IMG/VR virus record: IMGVR_UViG_3300021961_000054
Location: 17,217 to 81,216 of that record
DNA length: 64,000 nt
From: a virus
Reading direction: 5' to 3' (one strand)
Positions 30,404 to 40,111 of the stretch are shown here, piece after piece. The notes under the pieces were generated by a model. It was given only the letters and a program-made list of their open reading frames with translations, had not been told where the DNA came from and did not search any database. The number at the start of each line of letters is the position of its first letter. The first letter of the stretch is position 1. A program made the translations under genes and the position numbers.

Positions 30404-30700
30404 ATGTTTGAAGTTATTGGTTATATCACAGTATTCGCAATTTTAGCTGGATTAATCATCCTACAATATTCTTTAATGTCTTTAGGTTTATATAAGAAAA
30501 ACTTAAATAATATTGAAAACGCAATTGGGTGGATACCACTACTACCATTTATATTAATGATTGTTGTTGGATTTTCATATATCTTAATATCTATTTTTAG
30601 ACAATTAAAAATGTGGTTTGAAATTAATTGGGGTTGGATTTTTATTAAAAGAAAAAAAAGATCAGTTTGGGCCGAGTACATAAGAAAAAAATATAAATAA
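30404..30700 (+). CDS. Two-TM membrane protein
   Basis: Two hydrophobic helices and a basic C-terminus. Confidence 0.6.
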   Translation: MFEVIGYITVFAILAGLIILQYSLMSLGLYKKNLNNIENAIGWIPLLPFILMIVVGFSYILISIFRQLKMWFEINWGWIFIKRKKRSVWAEYIRKKYK

Positions 30701-30701
30701 A

Positions 30702-30920
30702 ATGTTAAGTTATAAAGAATTTTATATTTGGTTAGAAGGATATCTATATGGAAAGTTGGAAAACAAAAATATAGATATCACACCTATTGTGGAAAAAATG
30801 GGACAAGTAAAGGAAGATAAAGTGGTAAACACCCAAAGACCAATGAATATTCCAATGCCTATAAACCCATTTAAGTTTGAAGATGATGATTTAGGAAAAC
30901 CACCAAAAATAGTAATGTAA
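30702..30920 (+). CDS. Hypothetical protein
   Basis: 72-aa ORF with F..WLEGY motif, coupled to the next gene. Confidence 0.6.
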   Translation: MLSYKEFYIWLEGYLYGKLENKNIDITPIVEKMGQVKEDKVVNTQRPMNIPMPINPFKFEDDDLGKPPKIVM

Positions 30921-31699
30921 TGATTAAAACCTTAGTTCACTTTTCAGATTTACATATTAGACTATTCAAAGATCACGACCTTTATAGGTCAATTATGGAT
31001 AATGCAATTACTCAATGGAAAGAGATTAAACCAGACCGTATTGTGTTTACAGGTGATTTAGTGCACTCAAAAAACCAAATGACACCAGAGTTAATCGAAA
31101 TTGTTTCATGGTTATTAGTTGAATGTTCAAAAATAACAAAAACAATAGTAATACCAGGAAACCACGATGCTGTAATAAATAACTTAGATAGATTAGACGC
31201 ACTAACACCAATAATTAATTCTTTAGATAATAACAATATTGTCTATTACAAAGATAGAGGGGTATATGAAGACGAAAATATAAGTTGGTGTGTATATTCA
31301 CAATTCCAAGCTAATATTCCACCAGACTTAAATGTCGCAACCGGGATTAAAATTGGTTTATTTCATGGGCCAATACAAGGAATGAAAACAGATCTTGGTT
31401 ATGACTTTGGTGATCACGCTTATGATATTGAGAAGTTTGATGGGTTAGATGTTGTTCTTTGTGGTGACATACATAAAAGACAAGAGTTTAATATAAAAAA
31501 TGGAAAAGGTTATATGATTGGATCAACAATACAACAAAATATTGGAGAAGCTATTGAAAGACATGGATATGGTATATACGATGTTGAAACAAAAGAATAT
31601 AATTATGTTGATTTGTTTAATCCTAAACCATTTTTAAAATTTGAAATCAAATCTTTTGATGACATAATAAATGGTACTGAAAAACTTAAAAACATTTAA
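30920..31699 (+). CDS. SbcD/Mre11/gp47-like metallophosphoesterase (recombination nuclease subunit)
   Basis: SDLH, TGDL.H, PGNHD, FHG and GDIHKRQ motifs; SbcC-like gene nearby. Confidence 0.85.
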   Translation: MIKTLVHFSDLHIRLFKDHDLYRSIMDNAITQWKEIKPDRIVFTGDLVHSKNQMTPELIEIVSWLLVECSKITKTIVIPGNHDAVINNLDRLDALTPIINSLDNNNIVYYKDRGVYEDENISWCVYSQFQANIPPDLNVATGIKIGLFHGPIQGMKTDLGYDFGDHAYDIEKFDGLDVVLCGDIHKRQEFNIKNGKGYMIGSTIQQNIGEAIERHGYGIYDVETKEYNYVDLFNPKPFLKFEIKSFDDIINGTEKLKNI

Positions 31700-32361
31700 T
31701 GGAATTACCTAAAGATTTAAAAGACAAAATTTGGAATTATTGTCGTTTAAATGATATTACTGATTTGAATGATTTTATGATTAAAACACTTAAAAAAGGT
31801 TTTGATATCGAAGTCTATGGACTTTTAGGTGAAACTAATAATGATGGTGAAAACTTGGTTGAAAAGGAGATAATAGTTGAAAAACGAGTGGAAATCCCGG
31901 TCGAAGTAATCAAAGAAGTTGAAAAAGTGGTAGAAGTTATCAAAGAGATACCAGTTGATAGGGTGGTTGAAAAAGAAATTTATATCACAGATGACAACCA
32001 AATAAATGAACTAGTTGGAAAGGTCAGTAATCTAGAGGAAAATATTTTCCAGTTAAATCAAGAAATTGAATCGGAACGTAAAATTTTTTCCACTAAGGTA
32101 GAAGAGATGGAAATTTTTTTCCAAAAAGAAATGTCTAAAAAGAATGAAGAATTAGACGAACTTAGACAAAGTTTAGACATTAAGTTAGACGATAACAAAG
32201 AAAAAATGCTACAGGATACACTACAAAAACTAAGAAAAGAACTATTAGATAAGAATAAAAAAATAGAAGAATTACAAAACATAAACAAAGATTTACAATT
32301 ATTAAACACACAGAAAAAAGGGTTTTATATGCGTGGATCAAATTTAAATGATACATTATGA
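31699..32361 (+). CDS. Coiled-coil protein with VEK/EVIKE (alveolin/articulin-like) repeats
   Basis: VEKRVEIPVEVIKEVEKVVEVIKEIPVDRVVEKE followed by a heptad-rich tail. Confidence 0.6.
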   Translation: MELPKDLKDKIWNYCRLNDITDLNDFMIKTLKKGFDIEVYGLLGETNNDGENLVEKEIIVEKRVEIPVEVIKEVEKVVEVIKEIPVDRVVEKEIYITDDNQINELVGKVSNLEENIFQLNQEIESERKIFSTKVEEMEIFFQKEMSKKNEELDELRQSLDIKLDDNKEKMLQDTLQKLRKELLDKNKKIEELQNINKDLQLLNTQKKGFYMRGSNLNDTL

Positions 32362-32708
32362 CACAATTATTAATTTTTATTTTAGCCGCCTATGGGATGA
32401 CAACTATACTAGTATATGGGTCAATATTTAATAACCTTAGAGAATCTATACATAGATGGGGTAATAGTGACTATATGGCTTTTAATGGTCTTGGTAAATT
32501 CCTATCAGGTCTTATTTCTTGTGTGTTATGCACCTCAGCATGGGTTGGATTCTTTTTTTCTTTAACAATGTTTTCACCAATACATCATTTTATTGGACTT
32601 AATGAATGTTTTTCAGTATTCTTTGATGGAATGCTATCAGCAGGTTCCGTATGGGCAATAAATGGAATAATTGAATGGTTTGAAGAAAATAGACCAAGTA
32701 GTAATTAA
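32358..32708 (+). CDS. DUF1360-like membrane protein
   Basis: LISCVLCTSAWVG (L..C..C.S.W) between TM helices. Confidence 0.6.
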   Translation: MTQLLIFILAAYGMTTILVYGSIFNNLRESIHRWGNSDYMAFNGLGKFLSGLISCVLCTSAWVGFFFSLTMFSPIHHFIGLNECFSVFFDGMLSAGSVWAINGIIEWFEENRPSSN

Positions 32709-32727
32709 TTAACAAAAATAAATAAAA

Positions 32728-33132
32728 ATGGGAAAAAAAGCAAAAGAACATAGAAAAAAAGTCGCTAAAAGAAATCAAAGAATTTCACAACAAAGGTATT
32801 CAGCACAAAACGCATTAACAAAAATGATGGAGCAAATGGCAAAAATGCAAGATAGTGAAAATTTAAACGTTAATGCTGGAGGTAAAGAGGTACCATTTGA
32901 ATTTGTTGCAGAACCTGAATCTTCTGGAATAAAAGGATTTGAACTTAGCGATGAACCAGTAGTTAAACACGATGGAATGACATATAATCCAGAAAATCCA
33001 ATTGAAACACTAAAAGTAGATGAGGTTGAACCAGAATTTGATAGTGCTGGATTTAGTATTGAAGATAGAGAGATTGATATTGACATTGATATGCCAGGTG
33101 AGTTTGTTAAAGTTAAAGATAGTAATGACTAA
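32728..33132 (+). CDS. Hypothetical protein (basic N-terminus, acidic C-terminus)
   Basis: 134-aa ORF starting MGKKAKEHRKKVAKRN. Confidence 0.6.
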   Translation: MGKKAKEHRKKVAKRNQRISQQRYSAQNALTKMMEQMAKMQDSENLNVNAGGKEVPFEFVAEPESSGIKGFELSDEPVVKHDGMTYNPENPIETLKVDEVEPEFDSAGFSIEDREIDIDIDMPGEFVKVKDSND

Positions 33133-33140
33133 TAGTTCTT

Positions 33141-35513
33141 ATGGATTTATTCAATCCACCAAAACCATTCAATTACAAGATTATGATAAAAGATTTGGAC
33201 TTTTCAAAATTTGATAACCCAACAATACAAGTTGTATGGGAAGACCAACAAGAAAATTTCACACAAGATAAGATTAAAAGTGTTAAACACTACTTTCAAA
33301 AAAAGTATAACACTACTAACGTTAACATACTAACAAAGGTTAAAAACGTTGATCAAGAAACTGAACAAACAATAGATGTTTCATTAAATGTAACTGACAC
33401 TAACTATCAAACCAATTTACTTAAATCACATTTAAAAAATGTTGGTAATGAAGAATATCTAGAAAAAGTATTAGAGTTAAATCAAATTGTTGAGAACAAA
33501 ATGCAAGAAAACAATGTTGATACCACACAATTTAAAAAGTGGTATATTAGAAACATTGAGTTTTCTAACTTTTTATCTTATGGTGAAAATCAAAGATTAG
33601 ATTTTGACAAAATAGATGGTCTAATTGTTGTTGAATCAAACCCACCAAACTTTGGCGGTAAAACAGTTTTAACTGTCGACTTACTAATGTTTTTATTTTT
33701 TAATGAAACAACAAAGACATCAAAAGCCGAAGAAGTTTTTAATAGGTTTAGTAATAGAGATGAAGTTAATGTTAAAGGTGAAATTACTATTGATGGTGAG
33801 GACTATATCATAATTAGAAAAATTGAAAGAAAGAAGACTAAAAAAGGTGATTGGAATGTAAAAACAGAATTAGACTTCTTTAAAAAACTATCCGATGGTA
33901 GTCTACAAAACTTTACAGGAGAACAAAGACGAGAAACTGAAGCCTTTATTAAGAACTCAATTGGTACAAAAGAAGACTTCTTAATGACAATTCTAACGAC
34001 AGCCACAAATCTAGAAGAATTATTAGAATCAAAACCAACAGCTAGAGGACAGATCTTATCTAGATTTATGGGATTAGAGTTTTTAAAAACTAAAGAAGAA
34101 ACCGGAAAAGAAATATATTCAGAATTTAATAAATCAAAACTATCAAATTTATATAATTCAGAAGAATTAAAAAATGGAATTGAAGACTATAAAAACGACA
34201 TCATAGATTATGAAACAATAATCAAAGAATGCGAAGACGACTTACTTGAGATTGAAAATAATATCAAAAAAGGTAAATCGTATAGGGATGAAATGTTGAG
34301 TAAAAAACATATGGATATTGACAATGAAATATTAACATTAAATCCTGAAAAAACAAAAGAAAAAATCATAGAGTTAAATGGTGAAAAAGAAACCATTGTT
34401 ACCAAACTAAAAGATTTAAACGTAATTGAACCATCCAAGTATTATCACGAAGATAAACACGATGAGGTTAAAGAGGAATATAGTACATTAAACAAAGAAC
34501 TAATTCAACTAGAAACAAAGATTGAGGACATTGAAAACCTAAAGTCATCAGTTGAAGGTGGAATTAAATGTGAACATTGCGGAATTGAGCTTATGAACGC
34601 AGCAATTACAAATGCAAAAATTGCCGAACTTGATGGTTTTATCCTTCATAAAGGTAAGATAATTAAGTTAATGAGTGATTTATCCAACAAAGAACAAATA
34701 TTTGTTAAGTTAAAAAAGGAGTTTGATGAGTATGAAAAAAATAAACTCATTAAAGAAAAGTACGACTTGAGTATTGAAGGATATAATCTTAAAATTGAAA
34801 ATCTAGAAACAAAATTAAAGAGATGGAACGAAATCCAGGATAAGGTCGTTACAAATAAAAAGATTGACGAAATGTTAATCAAAGCCGACTTAAGATTAGA
34901 TGAATTAGACTCTTTAAAAACGACTAACAACACAAAGATTGCGACTAACAAAAAGAATATTGAAAATACACACGAAAAAATTAAAAACAACGAAAATCTT
35001 ATAACAAAGATTAAAGATGAGGATGATAAAGATAGAATATATAAAATATATCTAGAACTTTATGGTAAGAATGGTATTTCTAAAACTATAATGAAAACTA
35101 TGATGCCATTAATTAATTCAGAACTACAAAGATTAATGGAGGATAGTTCATATTTTAAACTCGAAATAAGAATTAGTGAAAAAAATGAGGTTGAGTTTAT
35201 TATGATTGATAATGGTACTGGTATTGAAAAATTAATGATATCAGGATCTGGTTATGAAAAAACAATTGCATCACTAGCACTAAGAGCTGTATTAAGTAAA
35301 GTATGTTCACTACCAAAGCCAAACGTTGTTGTTTTTGATGAGGTTTTTGGTAAAATCTCAAATGAGAACTTAGAAATGGTCGCAGAGTTTTTTATTAAGA
35401 TTAAAGAATACTTTGACAAAATATTTATAATAACACACAATCCAATTGTTAATCAATGGGCTGACTATGTTGTTAAGATTACTAAAGAAAATAATATATC
35501 AAAAATTGTATAA
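33141..35513 (+). CDS. SbcC/Rad50/gp46-like ATPase
   Basis: IEFSNFLSYG, Walker A variant NFGGKT, coiled coil with CEHC zinc hook, signature SGYE, Walker B VFDEVFG, IITH. Confidence 0.9.
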   Translation: MDLFNPPKPFNYKIMIKDLDFSKFDNPTIQVVWEDQQENFTQDKIKSVKHYFQKKYNTTNVNILTKVKNVDQETEQTIDVSLNVTDTNYQTNLLKSHLKNVGNEEYLEKVLELNQIVENKMQENNVDTTQFKKWYIRNIEFSNFLSYGENQRLDFDKIDGLIVVESNPPNFGGKTVLTVDLLMFLFFNETTKTSKAEEVFNRFSNRDEVNVKGEITIDGEDYIIIRKIERKKTKKGDWNVKTELDFFKKLSDGSLQNFTGEQRRETEAFIKNSIGTKEDFLMTILTTATNLEELLESKPTARGQILSRFMGLEFLKTKEETGKEIYSEFNKSKLSNLYNSEELKNGIEDYKNDIIDYETIIKECEDDLLEIENNIKKGKSYRDEMLSKKHMDIDNEILTLNPEKTKEKIIELNGEKETIVTKLKDLNVIEPSKYYHEDKHDEVKEEYSTLNKELIQLETKIEDIENLKSSVEGGIKCEHCGIELMNAAITNAKIAELDGFILHKGKIIKLMSDLSNKEQIFVKLKKEFDEYEKNKLIKEKYDLSIEGYNLKIENLETKLKRWNEIQDKVVTNKKIDEMLIKADLRLDELDSLKTTNNTKIATNKKNIENTHEKIKNNENLITKIKDEDDKDRIYKIYLELYGKNGISKTIMKTMMPLINSELQRLMEDSSYFKLEIRISEKNEVEFIMIDNGTGIEKLMISGSGYEKTIASLALRAVLSKVCSLPKPNVVVFDEVFGKISNENLEMVAEFFIKIKEYFDKIFIITHNPIVNQWADYVVKITKENNISKIV

Positions 35514-35541
35514 TAATTTTTTTTTAAGAAAGATTATTTTA

Positions 35542-35549
35542 TATATTTG
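35542..35549 (+). promoter_or_regulatory. Bacteroidota -7 element TAnnTTTG
   Basis: TATATTTG 14 nt before ATG 35564; -33 element poor. Confidence 0.45.
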
Positions 35550-35563
35550 TAAAAAATAAATCT

Positions 35564-36091
35564 ATGAAATACTTACTTTTTATTTACCCATGTGATAATA
35601 CTTGGGACAAAGACGAACACAACAAGATTGTCGCAACAGAGATATCAACAGTGATTGAATCAGTTGAGGTTAAATTCATTTTTGGTGAAAACCATTCAAT
35701 ATTTCATTTTAATAGTGGACTATCATATTCTGAATTGGAAATTTTTGTTGAGCTATTAAAAGATGATGTCCCAGAATTTATGTACTTTATCGTTGAAGAT
35801 GCAAAAAATGTTGCGTCAAATATGGATAAAAATCATTTAACTTATTTAATGGATTTAGAGGTCAAGCCAAAAAAGAAGAATAGAATTAAAGATATATTTA
35901 AAAATAATCAAGACATCTTTAGTTTTTATAATTTAACTAAAATAATAAACAATGATCAGTATAATTTCTTAAAAGAGGAGACCTGTGATTTGACTATTGA
36001 TGAAATTTTAGATAAAATTATAGAACAAGGTATTGACTCTTTGACAAAACTAGAAAAATTGAAATTAGATGAATATTCAAAAGAACAATAA
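35564..36091 (+). CDS. Hypothetical protein with C-terminal DUF6576-like motif
   Basis: IDEILDKIIEQGIDSLTKLEK. Confidence 0.6.
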   Translation: MKYLLFIYPCDNTWDKDEHNKIVATEISTVIESVEVKFIFGENHSIFHFNSGLSYSELEIFVELLKDDVPEFMYFIVEDAKNVASNMDKNHLTYLMDLEVKPKKKNRIKDIFKNNQDIFSFYNLTKIINNDQYNFLKEETCDLTIDEILDKIIEQGIDSLTKLEKLKLDEYSKEQ

Positions 36092-36092
36092 T

Positions 36093-36893
36093 ATGAAGGA
36101 AAAAAATAGTGGAGCACCAATAAACCAAGAAGAGATTTACCATTACCTAAAAGATATTAGGGGTATTAAGGTTATGACACCTGAAAGAGAAAAGGAGTTG
36201 GCAACTATTATGAAATCAGCTGACACAAGTCAGAGAGAACGTGATAGGATTGAAAGAGAATTACTTGAGGGTAATTTAAGGTTTGTAATTACTGTTGCAA
36301 AAAAATATCAAAACCAAGGTTTAGATCTTTCTGATTTAATTGCAGAAGGTAATTTAGGACTTATGAAGGCAATCAAAAACTTTGATTGGAGTAAAGACCT
36401 AAGATTTATTTCTTATGCTGTTTGGTGGGTTAAACAGTCAATTCTACAATCATTAAATGATAACTCTAGAACAATTAGACTTCCAGTTAATGTAATCCAA
36501 GATTTACATAAAGCAAAAAAAGAAGTCGAGCAAAGTGGTAATAAATTAGATGATAGATTTGCTGAACTACCATCGATTATTAATCTAGATATGAACATTA
36601 ACGATGAGGGTGACACCCTAATTGATATCATTAGAAACAATGAAGCTGAATCACCCGATGCTGCATTTGATACTAAAGATATTTTAAAAACTAAATTAAT
36701 TTCACTTTTAGATAATTTAGATAATAGAGAAAAATCAATTGTTGGTGATTACTTTGGTCTAACAGGAACACCAAGAACTTTGGAAGATATTGGCTCTGAC
36801 TTTAATTTAACAAAGGAAAGGGTTAGACAAATAAAAGAAAAAGCATTAAGACGATTACGTAATGAATCATCTGAATTATTTGATTATTTATAG
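36093..36893 (+). CDS. RNA polymerase sigma70 factor (RpoD/RpoS-like, lacking region 1.1)
   Basis: YLKDI, NLRFVITVAKKY, DLIAEGNLGLMKA, RFISYAVWWVKQSI, TIRLP, TLEDIG...LTKERVRQIKEKALRRL. Start could alternatively be 36069. Confidence 0.92.
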   Translation: MKEKNSGAPINQEEIYHYLKDIRGIKVMTPEREKELATIMKSADTSQRERDRIERELLEGNLRFVITVAKKYQNQGLDLSDLIAEGNLGLMKAIKNFDWSKDLRFISYAVWWVKQSILQSLNDNSRTIRLPVNVIQDLHKAKKEVEQSGNKLDDRFAELPSIINLDMNINDEGDTLIDIIRNNEAESPDAAFDTKDILKTKLISLLDNLDNREKSIVGDYFGLTGTPRTLEDIGSDFNLTKERVRQIKEKALRRLRNESSELFDYL

Positions 36894-36896
36894 TAT

Positions 36897-37748
36897 ATGA
36901 ATGTATTAAGTTTATTTGACGGAATTAGCTGTGGACAGATAGCACTAGAAAGGTGTGGTATTGATTATGAAAATTACTTTGCATCAGAAATTGATAAGTA
37001 TGCAATCCAAATCACACAAAAGAATTATCCTAACACAACCCAACTAGGGGATATTACAAACCTAAAGACAAGTGATTTACCAAAGATAGATATTGTTTTT
37101 GGTGGATCTCCTTGTCAATCATTTAGTAATCTAGGTAATGGAAAAGGATTTGATGGTAAGAGTGGTTTATTTTGGGAATATGTTAGAGTTTTAAACGAAC
37201 TAAAAGAAACAAATCCAGATATTTTATTTCTTTTAGAAAATGTTAAAATGAAAAAAGAGTGGCAAGATATTATATCAGAAGCTTTAGGTGTTAAACCAAT
37301 TGAGATTAATAGTAGATTAGTTTCAGCACAAAATAGGCCAAGACTATATTGGACCAATATCCCAAACATAACACAACCAAAAAATAAAAAACTAAAACTA
37401 AAAGATGTTTTAGAAAAAAATGTCGATAACAAGTTTTATTTATCTGAAGCTGCAGTTAATAGAATTACCGCAAGCAAATTTGGTAGAGAGTTCGCAACTA
37501 TTGATACAGAAAAAACTAGAACTCTCACAGCGGGATATTATAAGATTCCCTCGGATGGTGCGTACTTTAGTGAAGGCGAAAGAAAAAGAAAGTATACCCC
37601 AAAAGAGTTTGAAAGATTACAAACACTACCAGAGGATTATACAAAAGATTTAAGTAACTCACAGAGATACAAAACAATTGGAAATGGATGGACTGTTGAT
37701 GTGATTTCTCATATATTTTCACATATCCCTGTGAAAGTAATAGTATAA
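36897..37748 (+). CDS. C5 cytosine DNA methyltransferase 1
   Basis: Motif I LSLFDG, IV GSPCQ, VI ENV, VIII QNRPR, X GNGW. Confidence 0.92.
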   Translation: MNVLSLFDGISCGQIALERCGIDYENYFASEIDKYAIQITQKNYPNTTQLGDITNLKTSDLPKIDIVFGGSPCQSFSNLGNGKGFDGKSGLFWEYVRVLNELKETNPDILFLLENVKMKKEWQDIISEALGVKPIEINSRLVSAQNRPRLYWTNIPNITQPKNKKLKLKDVLEKNVDNKFYLSEAAVNRITASKFGREFATIDTEKTRTLTAGYYKIPSDGAYFSEGERKRKYTPKEFERLQTLPEDYTKDLSNSQRYKTIGNGWTVDVISHIFSHIPVKVIV

Positions 37749-37753
37749 AAATT

Positions 37754-38638
37754 ATGAATGTATTAAGTTTATTTGATGGAATTAGTTGTGGTAGATTAGC
37801 CCTTGATAGAGCTAATATAAAGTACGATAGATACTATTCTAGTGAGATAGACAAGAAAGCCATTGAGGTTGCTATGTGTAACTATCCAGACACAATACAA
37901 ATTGGGGATATAAAAAAAATCAATACGTCATTTGCACCAAAAATAGATTTAATCATTGGCGGCTCCCCTTGTCAATCATTTAGTAGATCAGGAGATGGAA
38001 CCGGGTTTAAAGGTAAGAGTGGATTATTTTGGGAGTACGTAAGAGTTTTAAAAGGACTAAACCCAAAGTATTTTTTACTAGAAAATGTTGTAATGAAAAA
38101 AGAGTGGGAGGATATTATAACTGAAGCTATTGGTGTTGAACCATTTATGATTGATAGTAAATTCTTTTCTGCACAAAAAAGACAAAGATTATATTGGACC
38201 AATATCCCATTCGATAAAAATATTGTTGATAGAAACATCAATATATTAGACATATTAGAACCAAATGGCGATGAGAAAATAATAAATGATCACCCAGTTG
38301 TAATTAGTGAAACTAATAATATTTTTAAAATTAGAAACGCAACAAAATTAGGTTACCTTGAAGCCATTAATGGTGATTGCGTTAATCTAGAAGTCCCAAA
38401 TAGTAAGACAAGAAGAGGTAGGGTAAGCAATGGAAAAACAAATACATTAAACACCGCTTGTAATTATGGAGTTGTTGTTAATGATAATATTAGAGAATTA
38501 AACATAACAGAATACGAGAGATTACAAACATTACCTGATGGTTTCACAGAAGGCCCATCAATTAGGGAAAGAAAAAAAATGATTGGTAATGGTTGGACAG
38601 TTGATGTAATTTCTCATATATTTAAAGGTATAAAATAA
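37754..38638 (+). CDS. C5 cytosine DNA methyltransferase 2
   Basis: Same motifs (GSPCQ, ENV, QKRQR, GNGW) with a different variable region. Confidence 0.92.
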   Translation: MNVLSLFDGISCGRLALDRANIKYDRYYSSEIDKKAIEVAMCNYPDTIQIGDIKKINTSFAPKIDLIIGGSPCQSFSRSGDGTGFKGKSGLFWEYVRVLKGLNPKYFLLENVVMKKEWEDIITEAIGVEPFMIDSKFFSAQKRQRLYWTNIPFDKNIVDRNINILDILEPNGDEKIINDHPVVISETNNIFKIRNATKLGYLEAINGDCVNLEVPNSKTRRGRVSNGKTNTLNTACNYGVVVNDNIRELNITEYERLQTLPDGFTEGPSIRERKKMIGNGWTVDVISHIFKGIK

Positions 38639-38643
38639 AAACT

Positions 38644-39519
38644 ATGAACGTATTAAGCTTATTTGATGGAATGTCGTGTGGACAAATCGCACTAGAAAGG
38701 ATTGGAATTAAAGTTGAAAACTATTATGCTAGCGAAATAAAAAAACATGCAATCCAGGTAACACAAAAAAACTACCCAAACACAATACAAGTTGGTGATG
38801 TTACAAAACTAAAAGGTAGTGATTTACCAAAAATTGATTTACTAATTGGTGGATCACCATGTCAAGACTTTAGTAGGGCCAATAAAACAAAAAAAGGTCT
38901 TGATGGAGATAAGAGTGGACTATTTTGGGAATATGTTAGACTAGTAAAAGAAACAAAACCAACCTATTTTCTTTTGGAAAATGTTAAAATGAAAAAAGAG
39001 TGGCAAGATATTATTTCAGAAGAGCTTGGTGTACAACCAGTTAAAATTAATTCATCTTTAGTTACTGGAATGTTAAGAGAACGTTTTTATTGGACTAATA
39101 TACCATTCGATACCAATATTAAAGATAAAGGAATTAAATTAGCCGATATTATTGATGATGGATATGTTGATCGAGAAAAGGGTTATTGTCTACTCGAAAG
39201 TTATTCTAGACCATTAAAAACACCAGCTAAAATCGCTAGAAGATATTTCCTATACGGATTTTGGCAAGTTGTATTCAAAGATGAAGAAACCTATAATAGA
39301 CTAAAAGAAGATTATAACTTAGCTCAAGAAGGTGATGTTAGATATATGACACACGAAGAAATGGAAAGAGCACAAAGTGTACCACCTGGATACACATCAG
39401 ATTTAACAAGAAATGAATCAGCATGCCTTTTAGGTGACGGATGGACAGTCGATGTTATAGCACATATATTCCAAGGACTAAAAGTTGAAAAAAATATCGA
39501 AAAAGTTATTGTAGATTAA
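38644..39519 (+). CDS. C5 cytosine DNA methyltransferase 3
   Basis: GSPCQ, ENV, LRER, GDGW; a third distinct variable region. Confidence 0.9.
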   Translation: MNVLSLFDGMSCGQIALERIGIKVENYYASEIKKHAIQVTQKNYPNTIQVGDVTKLKGSDLPKIDLLIGGSPCQDFSRANKTKKGLDGDKSGLFWEYVRLVKETKPTYFLLENVKMKKEWQDIISEELGVQPVKINSSLVTGMLRERFYWTNIPFDTNIKDKGIKLADIIDDGYVDREKGYCLLESYSRPLKTPAKIARRYFLYGFWQVVFKDEETYNRLKEDYNLAQEGDVRYMTHEEMERAQSVPPGYTSDLTRNESACLLGDGWTVDVIAHIFQGLKVEKNIEKVIVD

Positions 39520-39537
39520 AAATTATTCCTATCTTTG
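39508..39537 (+). promoter_or_regulatory. Bacteroidota primary-sigma promoter
   Basis: ATTG 39508-39511 then TATCTTTG 39530-39537, upstream of three small genes that end in a terminator. Confidence 0.55.
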
Positions 39538-39566
39538 TTTAAGATAATTAATTAAAGAATATTAAA

Positions 39567-39860
39567 ATGAGCGTAACCTACTTCAACCGACACGAAAATA
39601 TGGATTCAGAAACTCGATTTATGATTCTCGATGTAATCAAAGAACTTTGCTATAAATGTGAAACAACAAACACCGCAAGAATCGAAAATTGGTTATATGG
39701 TACATTCGATGGATATGATTATTCTGAAGTTGCAATTAAATCTAAAGAACTTACTGAACTCACTCACGAAAACGTGGACCTTGCCTGTAAAGTAACCGAC
39801 ATCTTTGCTATCATTGAAAAATATCCTAGAACGGCAGAACCTAACAATAATCAATTTTAA
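39567..39860 (+). CDS. Hypothetical early protein
   Basis: 97-aa ORF behind a host-type promoter. Confidence 0.6.
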   Translation: MSVTYFNRHENMDSETRFMILDVIKELCYKCETTNTARIENWLYGTFDGYDYSEVAIKSKELTELTHENVDLACKVTDIFAIIEKYPRTAEPNNNQF

Positions 39861-39884
39861 ACATTTAAACCAAAACAAAGATGA
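39859..39884 (+). repeat. 26-bp exact direct repeat copy 1
   Basis: AAACATTTAAACCAAAACAAAGATGA, identical at 40086-40111. Confidence 0.85.
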
Positions 39885-40111
39885 CTAAGAAGATGACAGC
39901 AGTTGAACGGTTAGAAGATGAGATTAATAAAGTTTTATTACATCTACCAATTGAAAGAGATGAAGTAAAAATTCTTATTCAACAAGCCAAACAGATGGAG
40001 AAAGAGCAGATGAAAGATTGCTATTGGTACGGTGATTATGACGGACGTAATGGCTCAGATAGAAACTTTGAACAATACTACAACGAAACATTTAAACCAA
40101 AACAAAGATGA
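39881..40111 (+). CDS. Small phage protein of TAVE.L / QAK.MEKEQ / EQYYNETF family
   Basis: Motif set I recall as recurrent in Bacteroidota phages; flanked by the 26-bp repeat. Confidence 0.65.
   Translation: MTKKMTAVERLEDEINKVLLHLPIERDEVKILIQQAKQMEKEQMKDCYWYGDYDGRNGSDRNFEQYYNETFKPKQR
40086..40111 (+). repeat. 26-bp exact direct repeat copy 2
   Basis: Encodes the end of 39881..40111 and the ATG of 40108. Confidence 0.85.

Noticed and set aside
36891-36899. Sigma70 ends in TAG in frame with methyltransferase 1 (TAG TAT ATG), suggesting readthrough or TAG recoding
   Set aside because: Sigma ends at a natural C-terminus (ELFDYL), the MTase starts like its paralogs, and long genes in the window are intact under the standard code.
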